Origin: Barthelona sp. PAP020
Taxonomy: Eukaryota
Direction of reading: 5' to 3'
Assembly: GCA_040182905.1 (NCBI GenBank)
Contig: JARQWU010000019.1
Span: 1-64,000 of the forward strand
Length of the DNA: 64,000 nucleotides
This document shows positions 29,440-42,700 of this stretch, one piece after another. A program made the position numbers and the translations under genes. Every line of letters starts with the position of its first letter. Position 1 is the first letter of the stretch. The notes under the pieces were generated by a model, which saw nothing but the letters and a program-made list of their open reading frames with translations, searched no databases and was not told the DNA's origin.

Positions 29440-30387
29440 ATGTCTGTTGAGCTAAGTGACAATTTGATGAGGAAAACAATTTACAACATGTTTCCTCCCA
29501 AAATTGATGAAAATCGTACAAGAGAAATTGTAAGTATGTCCTTTTTTTTTGTGAATGATATTGGATACTCACCAGACAGTAAACTTCTGGTGGTTGGTTG
29601 GGGTGATATTGAAGTTCCTGTAATTGATGTATCAACTGGAATGATTGATCGCTCTTTAAAAGATCATACAGACTATGTTTATGGTATTGCCTTTTCACCA
29701 CACAACAGATGGCAACACGTTCCGTTGATATGTCTATTATTATATACAGCCTTGCTGATTTCTCCATCTTGAACCGATTGAGTAATGATAATATAGTTCA
29801 TGCAATTTGCTTTTCTAATTGTTCAAAGTATGTATATTCTTTTGATGAGATTGGTTATCTCAATAAATGGGATACCAACAATGGTGATGTTGTTTGAAAA
29901 TAAAAACTCCCGGTGTCTTCATTTCCTAACACCCAGTGTTTTGCTTGTTATGTCCAATGATGGGTATATTACCTCATTCAATGTGGATAACTTTCATGAG
30001 ATTCAAAAAGTACATTGTGGTAGTGGCAAATCTCATTTTTCCTTTTCTTTGTCACCTGATAAAAAAGAGTTGGTATGTGGAAAGTGTGAAGGGGATATCA
30101 TCAAAGTCTATTCAATTGTGCCTGGCTATGATCCCTCACACGAGTCGGAACTTATTCAATTGTCAAGGGACGGTGGCCATGTGTTGTCGAATCTTATTTC
30201 TCTGAACATAAACACTCAAAGTATCAGACATTTGGTAGGTGCAGGTATTTATATGAATGAAAAAGAACCCAATATGATTATTAACACATGTTGGGATTTG
30301 TTCGACATCAACGAGACTAATGGTGGCAACATGCACATGTTTAGGGAAGAAGAAAGTGATCATGGTGATGCAGAAGATGATGATTAA
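29440..30387 (+). pseudogene. WD40-repeat gene disrupted by two frameshifts
   Basis: WD40 sequence runs across three tracked ORFs: VNDIGYSPDSKLLV...LKDHTDYVYGIAFSPHNR, then MATRSVDMSIIIY...VHAICFSNCSKYVYS...LNKWD, then FSLSPDKKELVCG...IKVY. Frame changes fall at about 29709 and 29895. Confidence 0.78.
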
Positions 30388-30623
30388 TTAGTTAGTTGTT
30401 AAAATGGTCTGAAGCATGATTTCATGACGCTTTTTGAACTCTAAAATCTTCTCTTTTATTTTTAGTTCTCCAAACAACATCACACCGTGCAACCTTAAAC
30501 AGCGGTATCATCTTTCTGATTTTTCTTGTTTTTCTATTGGATTTGAATCCTATGGGTTAAATTGCCCAGTAATAAAGAGGAGCGGATTTCTTTAGATCAA
30601 AAACAAAAAAAAAGACAATCAAA

Positions 30624-31067
30624 TCAATTTACATCTGATTCCATCATCATAGCAACATGAGGTATGTTTGCTTCATAAAATATTTCATCACTTGTTTTTG
30701 AAAATCCTAATTTGCTGTAAAATTCAATGACATGTGTTTGAGCATGTAACTTAATAACATTTACTTTTTGAAAAGCAATTTGTTTCATAAATTCAACAAT
30801 TTGTGCACCATAACCAAACTTTCTCCACTGTGGCCTAACAGCAACGCGTTCCATTTTACAATAATTATTGAAAAATCTCAATCTACCACATGCAATAGGT
30901 TCTTTCGTATTTATATCTTCTCCAATTATATGAATAGTATTTAATTGATTATCCAAACCATCAATTTCTTCTTCAAAAGCACAATCTTGAAAATGAATAA
31001 AGACAATAGATCGAACAACAGTACTTTTTAATTTGGAAATATCATCAACTGCAATACTACATTGCAT
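30624..31067 (-). CDS. GNAT acetyltransferase, ElaA/YjcF type, 147 aa
   Basis: RSIVFIHFQ, EIDGLD, GRLR, KMERVAV, the acetyl-CoA motif WRKFGYG, LHAQ, FYSKLGF and FYEANIPHVAM. Confidence 0.9.
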   Translation of the reverse strand: MQCSIAVDDISKLKSTVVRSIVFIHFQDCAFEEEIDGLDNQLNTIHIIGEDINTKEPIACGRLRFFNNYCKMERVAVRPQWRKFGYGAQIVEFMKQIAFQKVNVIKLHAQTHVIEFYSKLGFSKTSDEIFYEANIPHVAMMMESDVN

Positions 31068-31225
31068 TATATGATTACCCTGGAAAAATTATTTGGAAAG
31101 TAAAAATTTTTCAAAAACTTTCACAACCAGTGAATAAAGTCAAGGCGGTCAATAATTAATTCCAAATTTTTTTTTCACAATAAATTTGTTTTATTTTATT
31201 ATTTTATTTATTAAATAGTTTTCTT

Positions 31226-31891
31226 ATGGCTGATCAGGAAAATTTAATTGAATATAGAAAGGATTTTATGAGAAAACTTGAAGTTCAAAACGAAATTTTT
31301 TTCAAAATTGATGAAATTTCAAAATTGAGAAAAGAATTGTCTGAATTGGATGAAAAGTTGTGTCCACCTGGTTATAACAAGGGAATTTGGTCATTGGAGG
31401 AAGTTCAATCATTGTATGATGGGCATGCATTATTCAATGAGGATATTGATCTCGTTAATTCTTGTGTTCGTACACGTTCTAGTGGAGCTATTCATTCTAT
31501 GTGGAAGAAAATTCAATCTGGTGAAGAACCAAATTATAAAAAGGAGCCCAAGGATCAAACTGAATTGGAATCTTCTCAAGATGATGAAACATTGCCAATT
31601 TCTCAAAAGAATAAAAAAGATGAAAAATCCAAGAAGCAAAATAAAGACAAATCAAAAGAGAAAGCTAAAGAAATTTCAAAAGAAAAGGAAGTGACTATTG
31701 ATTCGAAGTTTAGTTCTTCTTCTGTTACTGTTATTGAAACTGAAAAAAAAGATAAAGACAAATCAAAGAAAAAGAAAAAAGACAAGGATTCAAAGGATTC
31801 CAAGAAACATAAAGACACCAAAGAAAGCAAAGATAAGGATTTAAAAAAGAAGAAATCAAAGGAACCCAAAGATTCTAAAAAGAAAAAATAG
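31226..31891 (+). CDS. SANT/Myb-like domain protein with Lys/Asp-rich tail, 221 aa
   Basis: GIWSLEEVQSLYDGHALFNEDIDLVNSCVRTRSSGAIHSMWKK resembles a single Myb/SANT repeat, followed by a basic K-rich low-complexity C-terminus. Confidence 0.75.
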   Translation: MADQENLIEYRKDFMRKLEVQNEIFFKIDEISKLRKELSELDEKLCPPGYNKGIWSLEEVQSLYDGHALFNEDIDLVNSCVRTRSSGAIHSMWKKIQSGEEPNYKKEPKDQTELESSQDDETLPISQKNKKDEKSKKQNKDKSKEKAKEISKEKEVTIDSKFSSSSVTVIETEKKDKDKSKKKKKDKDSKDSKKHKDTKESKDKDLKKKKSKEPKDSKKKK

Positions 31892-31898
31892 TTCCCAA

Positions 31899-32104
31899 GT
31901 GAATTTGTAAAGTGTATTTATATATATATTTCTTTTCCTTTGTCTGATAAGTTTTCCAAAACTTTCTAAATTTGAACTAGAGCCTCAGCCGATTCTCAAA
32001 AGAGGAGAGGAGAGAGAGAGAGAGAGAGAAAGAGAGAAAGAGTCCATCATTCCTTTCAGGAACCGCTCAGTCTTAACTCTTTTATTTCATGGGCTGTAGT
32101 AGGA
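31899..32104 (+). repeat. Dispersed non-coding repeat, copy C (5' part of copy A) containing a GA microsatellite
   Basis: 32042-32104 matches 354-417 at about 45/64 positions, and 31952-32000 resembles 272-323. A purine-only (GA)n tract at 31998-32042 replaces the AT-rich spacer of copy A. Confidence 0.65.
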
Positions 32105-32342
32105 ATTCATCCTAAATGAACAAAAGACAATATAAATGTGTTTAAGGTTTTTTCTTTACTTTTTAGTATTAATGTATCAAAATTGAAAAATTCAAGCAAT
32201 AACATGAAATTGTAAGAATTGTAAGATGAAGGATACAAGTGAATAAAATAGGTCAACAAAGAACATTTGAGGAAATTCATCAAAATGACATTTGTGAAAA
32301 ACACAAAATCACAGAGAGTGAATTCATTAAAATATGAAGGTT

Positions 32343-32352
32343 NNNNNNNNNN
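32343..32352. other. Assembly gap (10 N)
   Basis: Run of N in the sequence. Confidence 0.99.
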
Positions 32353-32667
32353 ATCAGTGGATATCTTTCTGGTCAGCGTTTCAATGCTTTGCTCCAAATC
32401 AGTATCTTCATCAAAGTACCCTTTTAATTTAGAATCATACAACTTTGATAAATTGGAAATCAACACATTCAACGACTGAATGTTTTCCTCCACATCCTCG
32501 CTCAGACGCATCCAGTACGGTTGTGAATTCAATACTAACCCAGGATCCTCCTCATCTCCAGACAAAAGTGCATCTTCAATCGTGTTGCTCTTCCGATCCA
32601 ATTGGATTTGATGACGAAATTGAATATATATCGACGTTAAATCTTTGGTTGGTAATGGCCAATCCAT
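32353..32667 (-). CDS. STX16: Syntaxin-16/Tlg2-like Qa-SNARE, N-terminal part only, truncated by the gap
   Basis: N-peptide TKDLTSIYIQFR, then PYWMRLSEDVEENI...LSKLY...YFDE...EQSIETLTRKIS, typical of the start of the Syx16 Habc domain. Sequence after the gap does not continue the homology. Confidence 0.75.
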
Positions 32668-33740
32668 AAAATAAGTGAATAAAATCAGAAAAGAAATGAA
32701 GAATTTTCGTTTATTTGGAAAATATGTTGATTTTCATTTGATCAATAATACAACTTAATTCAATAGGTAAAAAGAAAGGTTGTTGACCTGTTAAAATTGA
32801 TATTGTTGGAATTTAAGTGCTTGGGTTTCTCCTTTTATCCCTCAATTTATTTTCTGTTAGAAACTATTTTTAAAGAATTTGTAATCAGAATAATAAAATA
32901 AAAAGATTTCACACAAAGGAAGTCACATGCTGAAATGAATGATGATATTTCTCACCTAATCTGATCAACTTTGATCAATCCACCAAATTTTTCTCAAAAA
33001 TGTTGGGATATAAAATCAATAAGAAATTAACAAGACTTTTTCTTTTTAAAGTAAATCTTTGAAATGAAATGAATTTTTTTTTTTTTTTTGGTTAACAATA
33101 ATGTGGTAATTATATTTTTTACTGTTTTATAAATATGAAATTCTTTTTGTTGCAATTGCAACACCTCAAACAAATTATTATGGTTTGCTACGATTCAGGA
33201 AATGAAATGTGGAGGCATTGTAAGTAACTAACCATTAGCTCCTCTAATTGTACATAAAAAATAAAATGAAGTATTTGTGTGAATTTAACAATTAAATTAA
33301 ATTAAATTAAACTTAATATTTTTTTTTTTTCTTGTTACCGCTTTTGTGTTTATTTTAAAGTAAACAGATATGATTTATTTGTTAAATAGAAATTCTTCCG
33401 TCTAAAGGAAAGTTTTTGATGCTGTCAATTTTGAATTTGAGAATGATTCCCTTTAGTTGAATTTCAAGAATACTTTTCTGAAGAAAGCTTCTTCTTTTAT
33501 ATCTTAACATCAATTCTAATCTTATTTATAAGTGAATTACTCAATAAATGTATGAGTAACACACAGGATCTGTGTTTAAAATCAAAAATTTTTTCGGTTT
33601 AAAAATAATTCATTTATATCTTGAAAAAACCATTCCAAAAAAAAAAACTACCAAAATATTTACAAAATAGAAATATGCTTAAAATGCATGTTTCAATTAT
33701 TATTTTTAAATCAATAATCAACGAGAATTAGATTAATTTC

Positions 33741-36700
33741 TTATTGATATAAACCAAAAGAACTCATTTCTGAAGGATTTTGAACTTTTAAGTCATTCCA
33801 AAAATTTTCAACATCAAATTCTTGTTTGCTTGTTTGTTGCACAATAGGGTTTCTCAAACTATTATGACGATGTAAACTGTTTCGGAACAATTTTTGTGTG
33901 TTTGTAGTCAAACGTCCATGAGCAATAATAAAAAATGTGTAAAGTAACGTTGAAACAACTTGAATAACCATCATAGCAAAAATAAAGTTGCAAAAACTTG
34001 AGAAACTGTCTGAACTCTTGATGGAGCTATCTAACCAATAACAGAACCAAAAACTCAATAAAACAATCAATGTGAAATAATGAGATGTTGCTAAACGATG
34101 ACAAATTTCATAATCAAATGGATTTAATCGTACATGAATAATTAGCATTGTAATTGTTAAAACTAGCAACAAAGTTTGTTGCAATAATCGCATTCTGATC
34201 AAAACATATGAAATTAATGAAAAAAGGACAACAAAAGTTGAATAATATATCTCAGGGGTTGTTGATAAGTTCTTGTATATCCTTCTAATGCTTTCTTTTG
34301 GGTCAATTCTCATTTTTTCTTTTTCATCTTCTTCACCTTCAATAACTATTTTGTTGTGATAATTTCTAATGATAACAAATGTGAAGATCAAACCTGGCAA
34401 CGAAAATCCAACTGCTTTCCAATACTCGTTTGAAAACAATACAATATCTGGATAATTTGCAATAACTAAGGTTGCATTTAAGTTGTTTATACTCAATATT
34501 TCTACACATGTGACAATTAAAGGAACAATAATTACATAAATTACTAGATTATATAATTTCTTCATGAAAGGATGAATCCAATAAAGTATTCCAAAAACAA
34601 GTATTGTTGCATATATAACAGCGATAGGTAAATATATGCTTTTTGCAATTGGTACAGAACATGCCAATAACTTGATGTGACCAATATCGAGGAATATTTC
34701 GTCAATAATTGTAAAAACACCATGTAATAGACCAGGAACAACAAGTGGAGCAGCTCTTTGTAAAATTGCTAACAGTTGGAAAAAACGAATAAAAGGAAAA
34801 TATATTGCAGAATATTTGAATCCTTTTGTTCCATCAACAATCATGAAAATGAATAAACTAACCAAAACACAACTGGCAGCAACACTGTATATTGTTATAA
34901 ATGGCACCGATGGACATTTTAGACAATATGGAGCAAAATTGGTATATCCTTTATCACAATTTGAACATCCCACTCCAACAAATCCTTCACCACACTCTTC
35001 TTCAATTTCTTCCTCCAAATTGGTGTTGTTTAATCGATCACATGTTCCAAGACATCCATCTGTGGGACACATTTGAACACTGCCATCAACTGCACGATAA
35101 AAACCCTTTTCAATGCAAGTAACATTTCCACCATAACATTTCATTCCAACAGGACATGGTGAACAAATACCTTTTTCAAATTCAAACAGATCTCCTTTAC
35201 ACTGACACACAGTTCGATCTTCAGATGCAACCATGTTTGCTTCACATAATTCACATTTTGTGCTGCCTGGAATGGTATTTATTGAATATGCATCGCAACG
35301 TTCACAACCGTTCATTCCCGCAATACGATAAGAACCTGCTAAACACGCAACGCATTTGGTTGAACCTTCAGCATTTGTCCAATATCCTTCATCACATGAA
35401 GTGCAAGCATGAGATGAAGCTATGGGAGCTATTGTTCCAAAAGGACAGATTTCACATTTTCCATTGTAAACTCCTTCTCCCTCTTTGCAAACAATAATTT
35501 CTACGAATACAGAGGAAGATACCAAACCGCTTGCCTCAACAACAATTTCATGAATCGCTGGAGTACCTGAAACAATCATTTCAGGAATACTACCCACACC
35601 ATTAACAGTATTGCTCATTGTTGTTCCCTTTATTGCAATGTTTGATTTGGGAACAACACCAACCTTTCTGGTAATATCATTAGTGATGGAATTTCCATAT
35701 CCATCTGTTACAAAAACTTCAATGGTATGAATAGGGTCAGTCAAAGTGTCCTTATTATTGGAAATTAAAGATGCATTAAGGAAACGAGGATCAGATGAAA
35801 AAATATTTCCAAACATCAAAGCGGAGTTACCTGTGGCGATATTATTGAAAACTGCAGGCAATTCTTTGTGATTAGAAAACATAACACCACCAACAATCCC
35901 AGCATTATTTTCGGTAAAAGTTGAATTGGAAATATTTGATTTGTTTGATGCCGTATTGACAAAGTCATTTGTGTAAAAATTATATAATTGTGGTAATTCT
36001 CCTGTAATACCATAATTATGAAGAGTATTAACGTCTATTTGAGCAATAACTCCACCAATTTTATTGACTGAGTTACGAACAAACTTTGAATCAGTGATTG
36101 TTAAATCACCACCCAATGAAAATACAACGCCTCCAAATTCAGAAGCGTGATTGTCTTCAAAAATAGAAGAATCGATCATTAAAATTCCTTCATGTGAAAT
36201 CACACCACCATTGGTTTTGGAAATACACTTTTGGAAGAAGCAATTGGTTATTTTAATTGTCGGTATGTTATCAACAAAACACTTGCCAACAACAAGGGAA
36301 TTTTCACTCACTAGGTTTAGTATTTGCAAATTATTGAAATGTATGAAACCTCCTGCGCCATAAAATACTTCATCAATATGACTGTTTTTCATTTCACCAT
36401 TGTATACTACAGTTGAAGAGTTTAACAAAGAAATAAAACGTTTTCCTTCAATACTTTCAAATTTAACATTTTCGAATATGTTTATACAATGTTTGGTAAG
36501 AATTAATTGATTATTAAGTGTTAAATCCTTTCCTTCGACTTTATTCAGTGAAATTGATGATGATATTGCTCGAATAAGATCTGAATTCTTAGCTTCTCCA
36601 CTGACAAAAGAAATATCATTTAATTGAACTGTACAGCTCTCGTAAGAGAAGATTGTATCAAAGTTCGATAAATTTAACTTTGTTTGCATTGTTAACTCCA

Positions 36701-39700
36701 TCACTGAATCCATTCCATAAGATAAAGCACTTAAACTGACATTGGAAACATATAATTGCTGGAGATTCATCAACCCTTGCTCCAAAATGAAAATAATGGT
36801 TTCTTTTCGATCGTCCCAACAATCTTTGACATTGACATATCTGATAATCAATTCAGAAGTGTCTATTTTGAACACCCCAAATCCACTGCTTGTGGTTTCT
36901 TCAATGTTTAACGACATTAGGTTCATGTTAGAATTCACCAACATAATGGCTTCCTTTCTATGAATATTTTTGAGAGTAAAATTGCTGCCATTAATTTCGG
37001 ATGAAATAATCTTAATTCCAACACTATTAACATGTGATGAGTTGATAAAACTAACATTATTGAAGTTAATTTTAGAATTACGCACAAGAATAGTATTCTT
37101 CGAATCTTTAAAAGTAATATTGCTGATATTTACTTCTCTTGATAAACCAACATTGTTCAAAAGTACCTTTTGATCGGGTTGACAATCAATAATCACAGAA
37201 TCAGTTTCATTAATTTTGACAGCTTCAATAGAGATATCACGTTTATTTAAAATTAATGGGAGAACCTTTGAATAAGTTCCTGGTAACATGAATATCTTTG
37301 CATTTCTGTTGATTCTGTGTCTCAACACAAAATCAAAAGTCAAACAAGGACTTGCTTTTCCACCACAACATAAATTATCGTTTCCATCAGATGAAATATA
37401 AGCAAAAGGACCAACGCTATTATCAATACTGCTGCCCAATTGAGCAAAAAATTTCTTTTCCTCATACAAAAATAAAAACAATGCATCGCATTGTAATTCT
37501 GTATCAATGAAAGTTCCCTCATGACTTTTATATTTTATCAAAGGCCAATTGGATTGAGCTTCCAAATAATCAGGAATAGTAAATTGCAAAATATATCTTC
37601 CATTTAAATCACCATGGCCTTTAATATCAAAATAAGAATAAGAAGTCATGTTAAAAAAATAAGACCACATGATAGCATCCGGGGTCAAAGACAAATTATC
37701 AAAAGTTATCAAAGAAGAAGAATAAATTTCTGATTCAGAAGTTAAATTACCAATAAAAGCTCCATAACCCTTAATTACATGATTGTTTAATAATGTGAAA
37801 TTCTTTGTTGTACCAAAAGCACCACCTTCTAATATGATGTCTTCTCCCAATTTGATGTCTTTTATTGATAAAGAACCATTTTTGGCAATAACACCTTTTT
37901 TAATGTTCACTGTACATTCCATAACTGAGTTACCATCAATCAAAATAATTTCTTCAACAAATAATTGACTCTTTTCATTGCAAATGAAATGAGTTGTATA
38001 AGTCCATTCACTTGCCAACATCAAAGTTGAATTATCCAAATTACACACAGAATTTTGTGATCTTATGGGATTTTTCACATTAAGAGTTGAATTATAAATG
38101 AAGGAATTGCCTGTTAATTTAATTTCAGTAATTGAACCATTTTTGATAAATGTTTCACCACCATTGAGAGAAAGATATTCAAAAGTACCATTTTTAACCA
38201 AAAGTTTTCCATCATTTACTGTAATGTTATCAACAAATATATTAGCATTAGCAGAAAAAATACCACCATCAATAAAAACATCTTTTAGATCAATATTTAA
38301 AATGTCTAAAAAGAAAGAACCATCATGAACTATTACAGAAGTATCTTTGAAAATTGTTTTTTCACTATCAAATAAAGCAAATCCATCATTCATGATGAGA
38401 ATGGAATCCGTAAAATTGAAAACAGATTCATCAAATGCAAATATTGACCCACCATAAATTATTAATCTGTCAATATCAGCATAACCTTTCTCAACCAATG
38501 TAATTTCTCCATCATATATTGTGGTGATCAATTCATATATGGTACTGTTGATTTTAAAACTTCCTTCATGCATATTTACTCTCAATGTCTTAATATCTGC
38601 AAAAACTTTCAAATAATTATGATTGTTGACAAATATGTCTTGTTCAGTCTTTAAAGGTTTCAATATCAAATCACCCGCATTAGAAATTGTTAAAGTATTA
38701 GTTAATTCTCCGACAATTGAATGAATTCCATCAAAGAACTTCAATATTCCATTTCCATCATATGAACCACACAAAATGGTTGAATTATGTAATAACAATG
38801 TACCATTCATATGAATAGAACCAATGTGAGAAAATTTACTGTCAAAATTAGCTATTGATTTATCATCAATCGCAATGACACTGCTTTCTTCAAATTCTAA
38901 AATACCATTCGAATTAAGAAAAGTGGAATCATTCAAACACAATTTTCCAATTAGATACATATTAACATGAGAGATGTTCACAAATGTTTTATTCATGTTT
39001 AGTTGTCCTTCGATATCTAACAGATGATTTTCAGAAAAACCTTCAACGGTCAAATTGTCTGCAACTTCAATAATTCCCATTAATTTAATGACACTGGAAT
39101 GATTCATAGAAATAAAGCCAGCCAAAGATCCATTAGCAAAGATCTTTACGTCTGCATTGTCAATTAAACTAAAGTGGTCATTTTGTTGCAAATTTTGAAT
39201 ATTGTGCTTAATATCATCCTTATACGTAACATTTGCACTCTTACATGAATCCGAATGTACTGTTGCAGTTCCACTAATTATTGAATTGTTCATTAGAATT
39301 TTGTTTGAATTGACTGTTTCATGAAGGGTTAATCGTGAGGATTCTATTGTCAAATTTTTGATTTCAATGTCAGAATGTGAAACAACTCCTGAAAAATCAG
39401 AAACAAAATCAACAATCATCAATTTTTTGGTTGTTTGAACGACAACATCTGAATTTAAAGCATGAATAAAATTAACACTAACATTTGCATCACCAGACAC
39501 GTTGAATTTGGTATCGAATAACTCCATGTTAGCAAAGTAAATTGATGTTTCGCCATCAATACTTAACTTTGAATTTTGTGATTGCATATTCAGATACTTA
39601 ATATTGCAACTATCTGATATATTCATGTTGCTTGTATCTAAAATGACTGAGATATTACCATTATGAGAAGTCGCAGTAACAACACTGTCCATAAATTCAA

Positions 39701-42700
39701 AGAAGGCATCAAAAGTTTCAAGTTCTTTAAAAAGAGTAACAGTTCTGAAGAATTGAATTGGATTATATCTCTGATAAATGTAACCTCTTAGTTCAATATT
39801 TGAGTCAACAAATACAAAATCAAAGGTCCCTGAAATTTTTGAGCTTGAAGTAGAAGTAAAAGTTTCGAAGTTTCTCAAAAGACCAGATTCACCAACTATG
39901 GTACCATTGTTCATGAAATCGCTAATAGTCAAATTACCATCAATGATGTTAACAAATTCATTGTTGATCAATGTTGTTTCAATTGTTGAATCACCATTTT
40001 CCTTGTAAATACTTCCATAGTTGCTAATACCAGCCAAACAACTACGATTACCAGTAATAAAGCAATCTTCTAATATAAAAGCAGCATTCTTGACAATTTC
40101 TATTTGACCATTGCAATCTATTTCAACAATTAAGAAATTATTGAATCTGGCTTGTTTTGCAATATGAATCAATTGTTTTCCAACAATAAGCTTTTCTTTG
40201 GGTTGAAGAATATCTATCCATGTTGAACCATCACCTAATATTGAACAACGTTCACAAATCATTTCCATTAAATGCCATTCTGTTCTGTGATAAACAACTG
40301 AATCAACAATTTTCCAGTAATTGACACTATGAAGACATTCATTGCCTTTCGATAAGATTAAAGAACTGAAGTTGATCATTGTGATGTTAGAAACATTCAT
40401 TGCAGTCAAATAATCCACATTTAACGTTGTCTTATCTAATACAACAGTATCAGATAATAATGACATGTTGTTAGGACTGGCAACAAAATTAACAGTTTCA
40501 AAAACAACAAATCCTTCATTTTCAAATGTAAAATTACAATATTTTGATTCTATTTCTGTTTGTGCTAATGAAGCATTCAATACTTTAACATCTGATCGTC
40601 TGTTTATCATTTTTGAGCCAATTAAATTAATTTGAACAATGCTTAGTTTGGAATCCCAAACAAACACATTGGTTTTTCCATACAACTTATCAAAAACAAC
40701 GTTTGTTGTATTGAAGAAAATATTTCCTTCATCACTCTTGAGGGTTTGAATGAACAAATCAGCATCATGCGAATACATGTTTCCAATCAATTTCATCTTT
40801 CCTTTGTTGATAAAGATGTTTGTAATATTCAAAATGGCCTCTGATGAAATAAACATAAAACCATCATCACTCATGTGCAAATAATTATCCGAATTCAAAT
40901 ATGCATAAACATGGACAACACCATCCAATGTCATATTTCCTTCGTTGAAAACATGGAAAAATGAAGTTGTGGCATTATTTTCTTGGACCCAATTGTGGAA
41001 ATTATATAAAATAGCATTTGTAATCAATGAACCATTTATTTGGATGATGGTTCCTTGATTGATGATATTTCCTTCTTTTTCATTTTCACTTAAAAATACT
41101 TCATTCATTAAAATCATCATTCCTTCATTCAAAATTGTATTGTTTGCACTCATGATCAAATGAATCTCACCAATCACATTGACATTTCCAAGGGTGTTCA
41201 ACAATAATTCATCCTCGAAAACAACACTGCCAAACAGATCACCATCAACAATTGTAAGATTTCCACTGCCAGAAAGTGTATTCGCATCAGTCAAATTAAT
41301 ATGTTGAATCTGATATTGAATATTTGTAATCAATGTTGAATACACCATTTCCAGATGTTTTAGTTTTGTCGAAGACAAACCACTAACATTGAAAATTGAA
41401 TTATATTCAAAAAGTAAGGAACTTTCATCACTAAATCCATTTCCATGAATCAAATGTGCTTCAGATGCAATAAAGTGTCCATTTGTAATATTCATAATAG
41501 CATTATTGTGAATGAACAATTCGATGGCAACTCCTTTTAGGATATCAATTGAAACCAAAGAATCATTGATATAATTCTTTGTATCTGTCAATTCCATCAT
41601 ATTACATTTCATTTTTGTTTGATTCAATTCCATGATAAAACTTTGTGCAATCCAACTATTTATTTCAATTGTTGTGTTGTAAAAACTTATGTGTCCAGCA
41701 GGAGATTCAATCTCATTTGAAAAACCTCTCAAATTATTAGTTTTCAAAAGGTTTGATGAAAATATTTTCCCTTCATTGTTGAGATCGTTTTCTAAAAGAG
41801 TGTTTCCATAATTATTCATCCTCGCATTTGAATGAATTTTCAATACTCCACTAGAATTTAGATTTCCAGTGACAATAAACTCTCTTTTAACATCAATAAT
41901 GCCTTTAGAAACAATGTCACCAACAAGTACAAGACTTCCATTAATATTGGTGATGTTTGCTTGTTCATTGTTAACAAGCAAAACAACAACAACTAACTGA
42001 GAATCAAGTTGAATGATTTCTCCATTATTAGTAAATAGTTGTTCATGTAGAGAATTGTTTGTATCAAATACAAAGTTGTTGTTCACAATTATTGTACCAT
42101 TATTCATCATCATATTGGTTCCTTCAAATAAGAATCTGCCATCAGAACAAAAGAATTTGTTATTTTCTTTGAAAAAGATTTGAATATTATCTTTCATAAT
42201 GAACTCGTGTTCAGATTTTCCATTTACAATAATCAAAATACCATTACCTTCATAAACACTATCAAAATTGGTTAAATTCTCAATCCAATAATTGTAATCA
42301 ATTTTAATTGAAGATTTGAACAATTGTAAATGTTTCAAATGTGTGTTTGAGCAATCATAAATAAACATTTTTGATTCACGAAGAATTAGTGATGTTTCAT
42401 TACTGAAACCATCACCTTCATTCAAATGAAGCAAAGATTTGATAAATTCGCCATTGTACAAATCAATTATGGTTTCATTTGAGATGAATATTTTACTGTC
42501 TGAAAGTGTTAAATTTTGGATAAAACTTAGTGTTTTTGTGACATAAATATTGGAATCATCGGTGAGTTTAATAAAATCAGAGTTAAATTTGTTGTTATAT
42601 ATGAAAATGTTTCCAAAACCTTCAAATTTCGTAATATTAATAACAGAATTATTTGTTTCAAGATATCCATCAATCACATTTAATTCAATCAAAAATATTT

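Noticed and set aside
29530..29560. GTAAGT followed by a T-run as a possible intron in the WD40 gene
   Set aside because: The frame is open through it, no nearby acceptor preserves the WD repeat, and it would not repair the downstream frameshifts.
32107..32342. Continuation of the syntaxin ORF after the N gap
   Set aside because: The frame across an arbitrary 10-N gap is meaningless, and the translation shows no SNARE motif.
33290..33312. (ATTAA)n short tandem repeat and nearby poly-T runs
   Set aside because: Ordinary low-complexity sequence in an AT-rich intergenic region.
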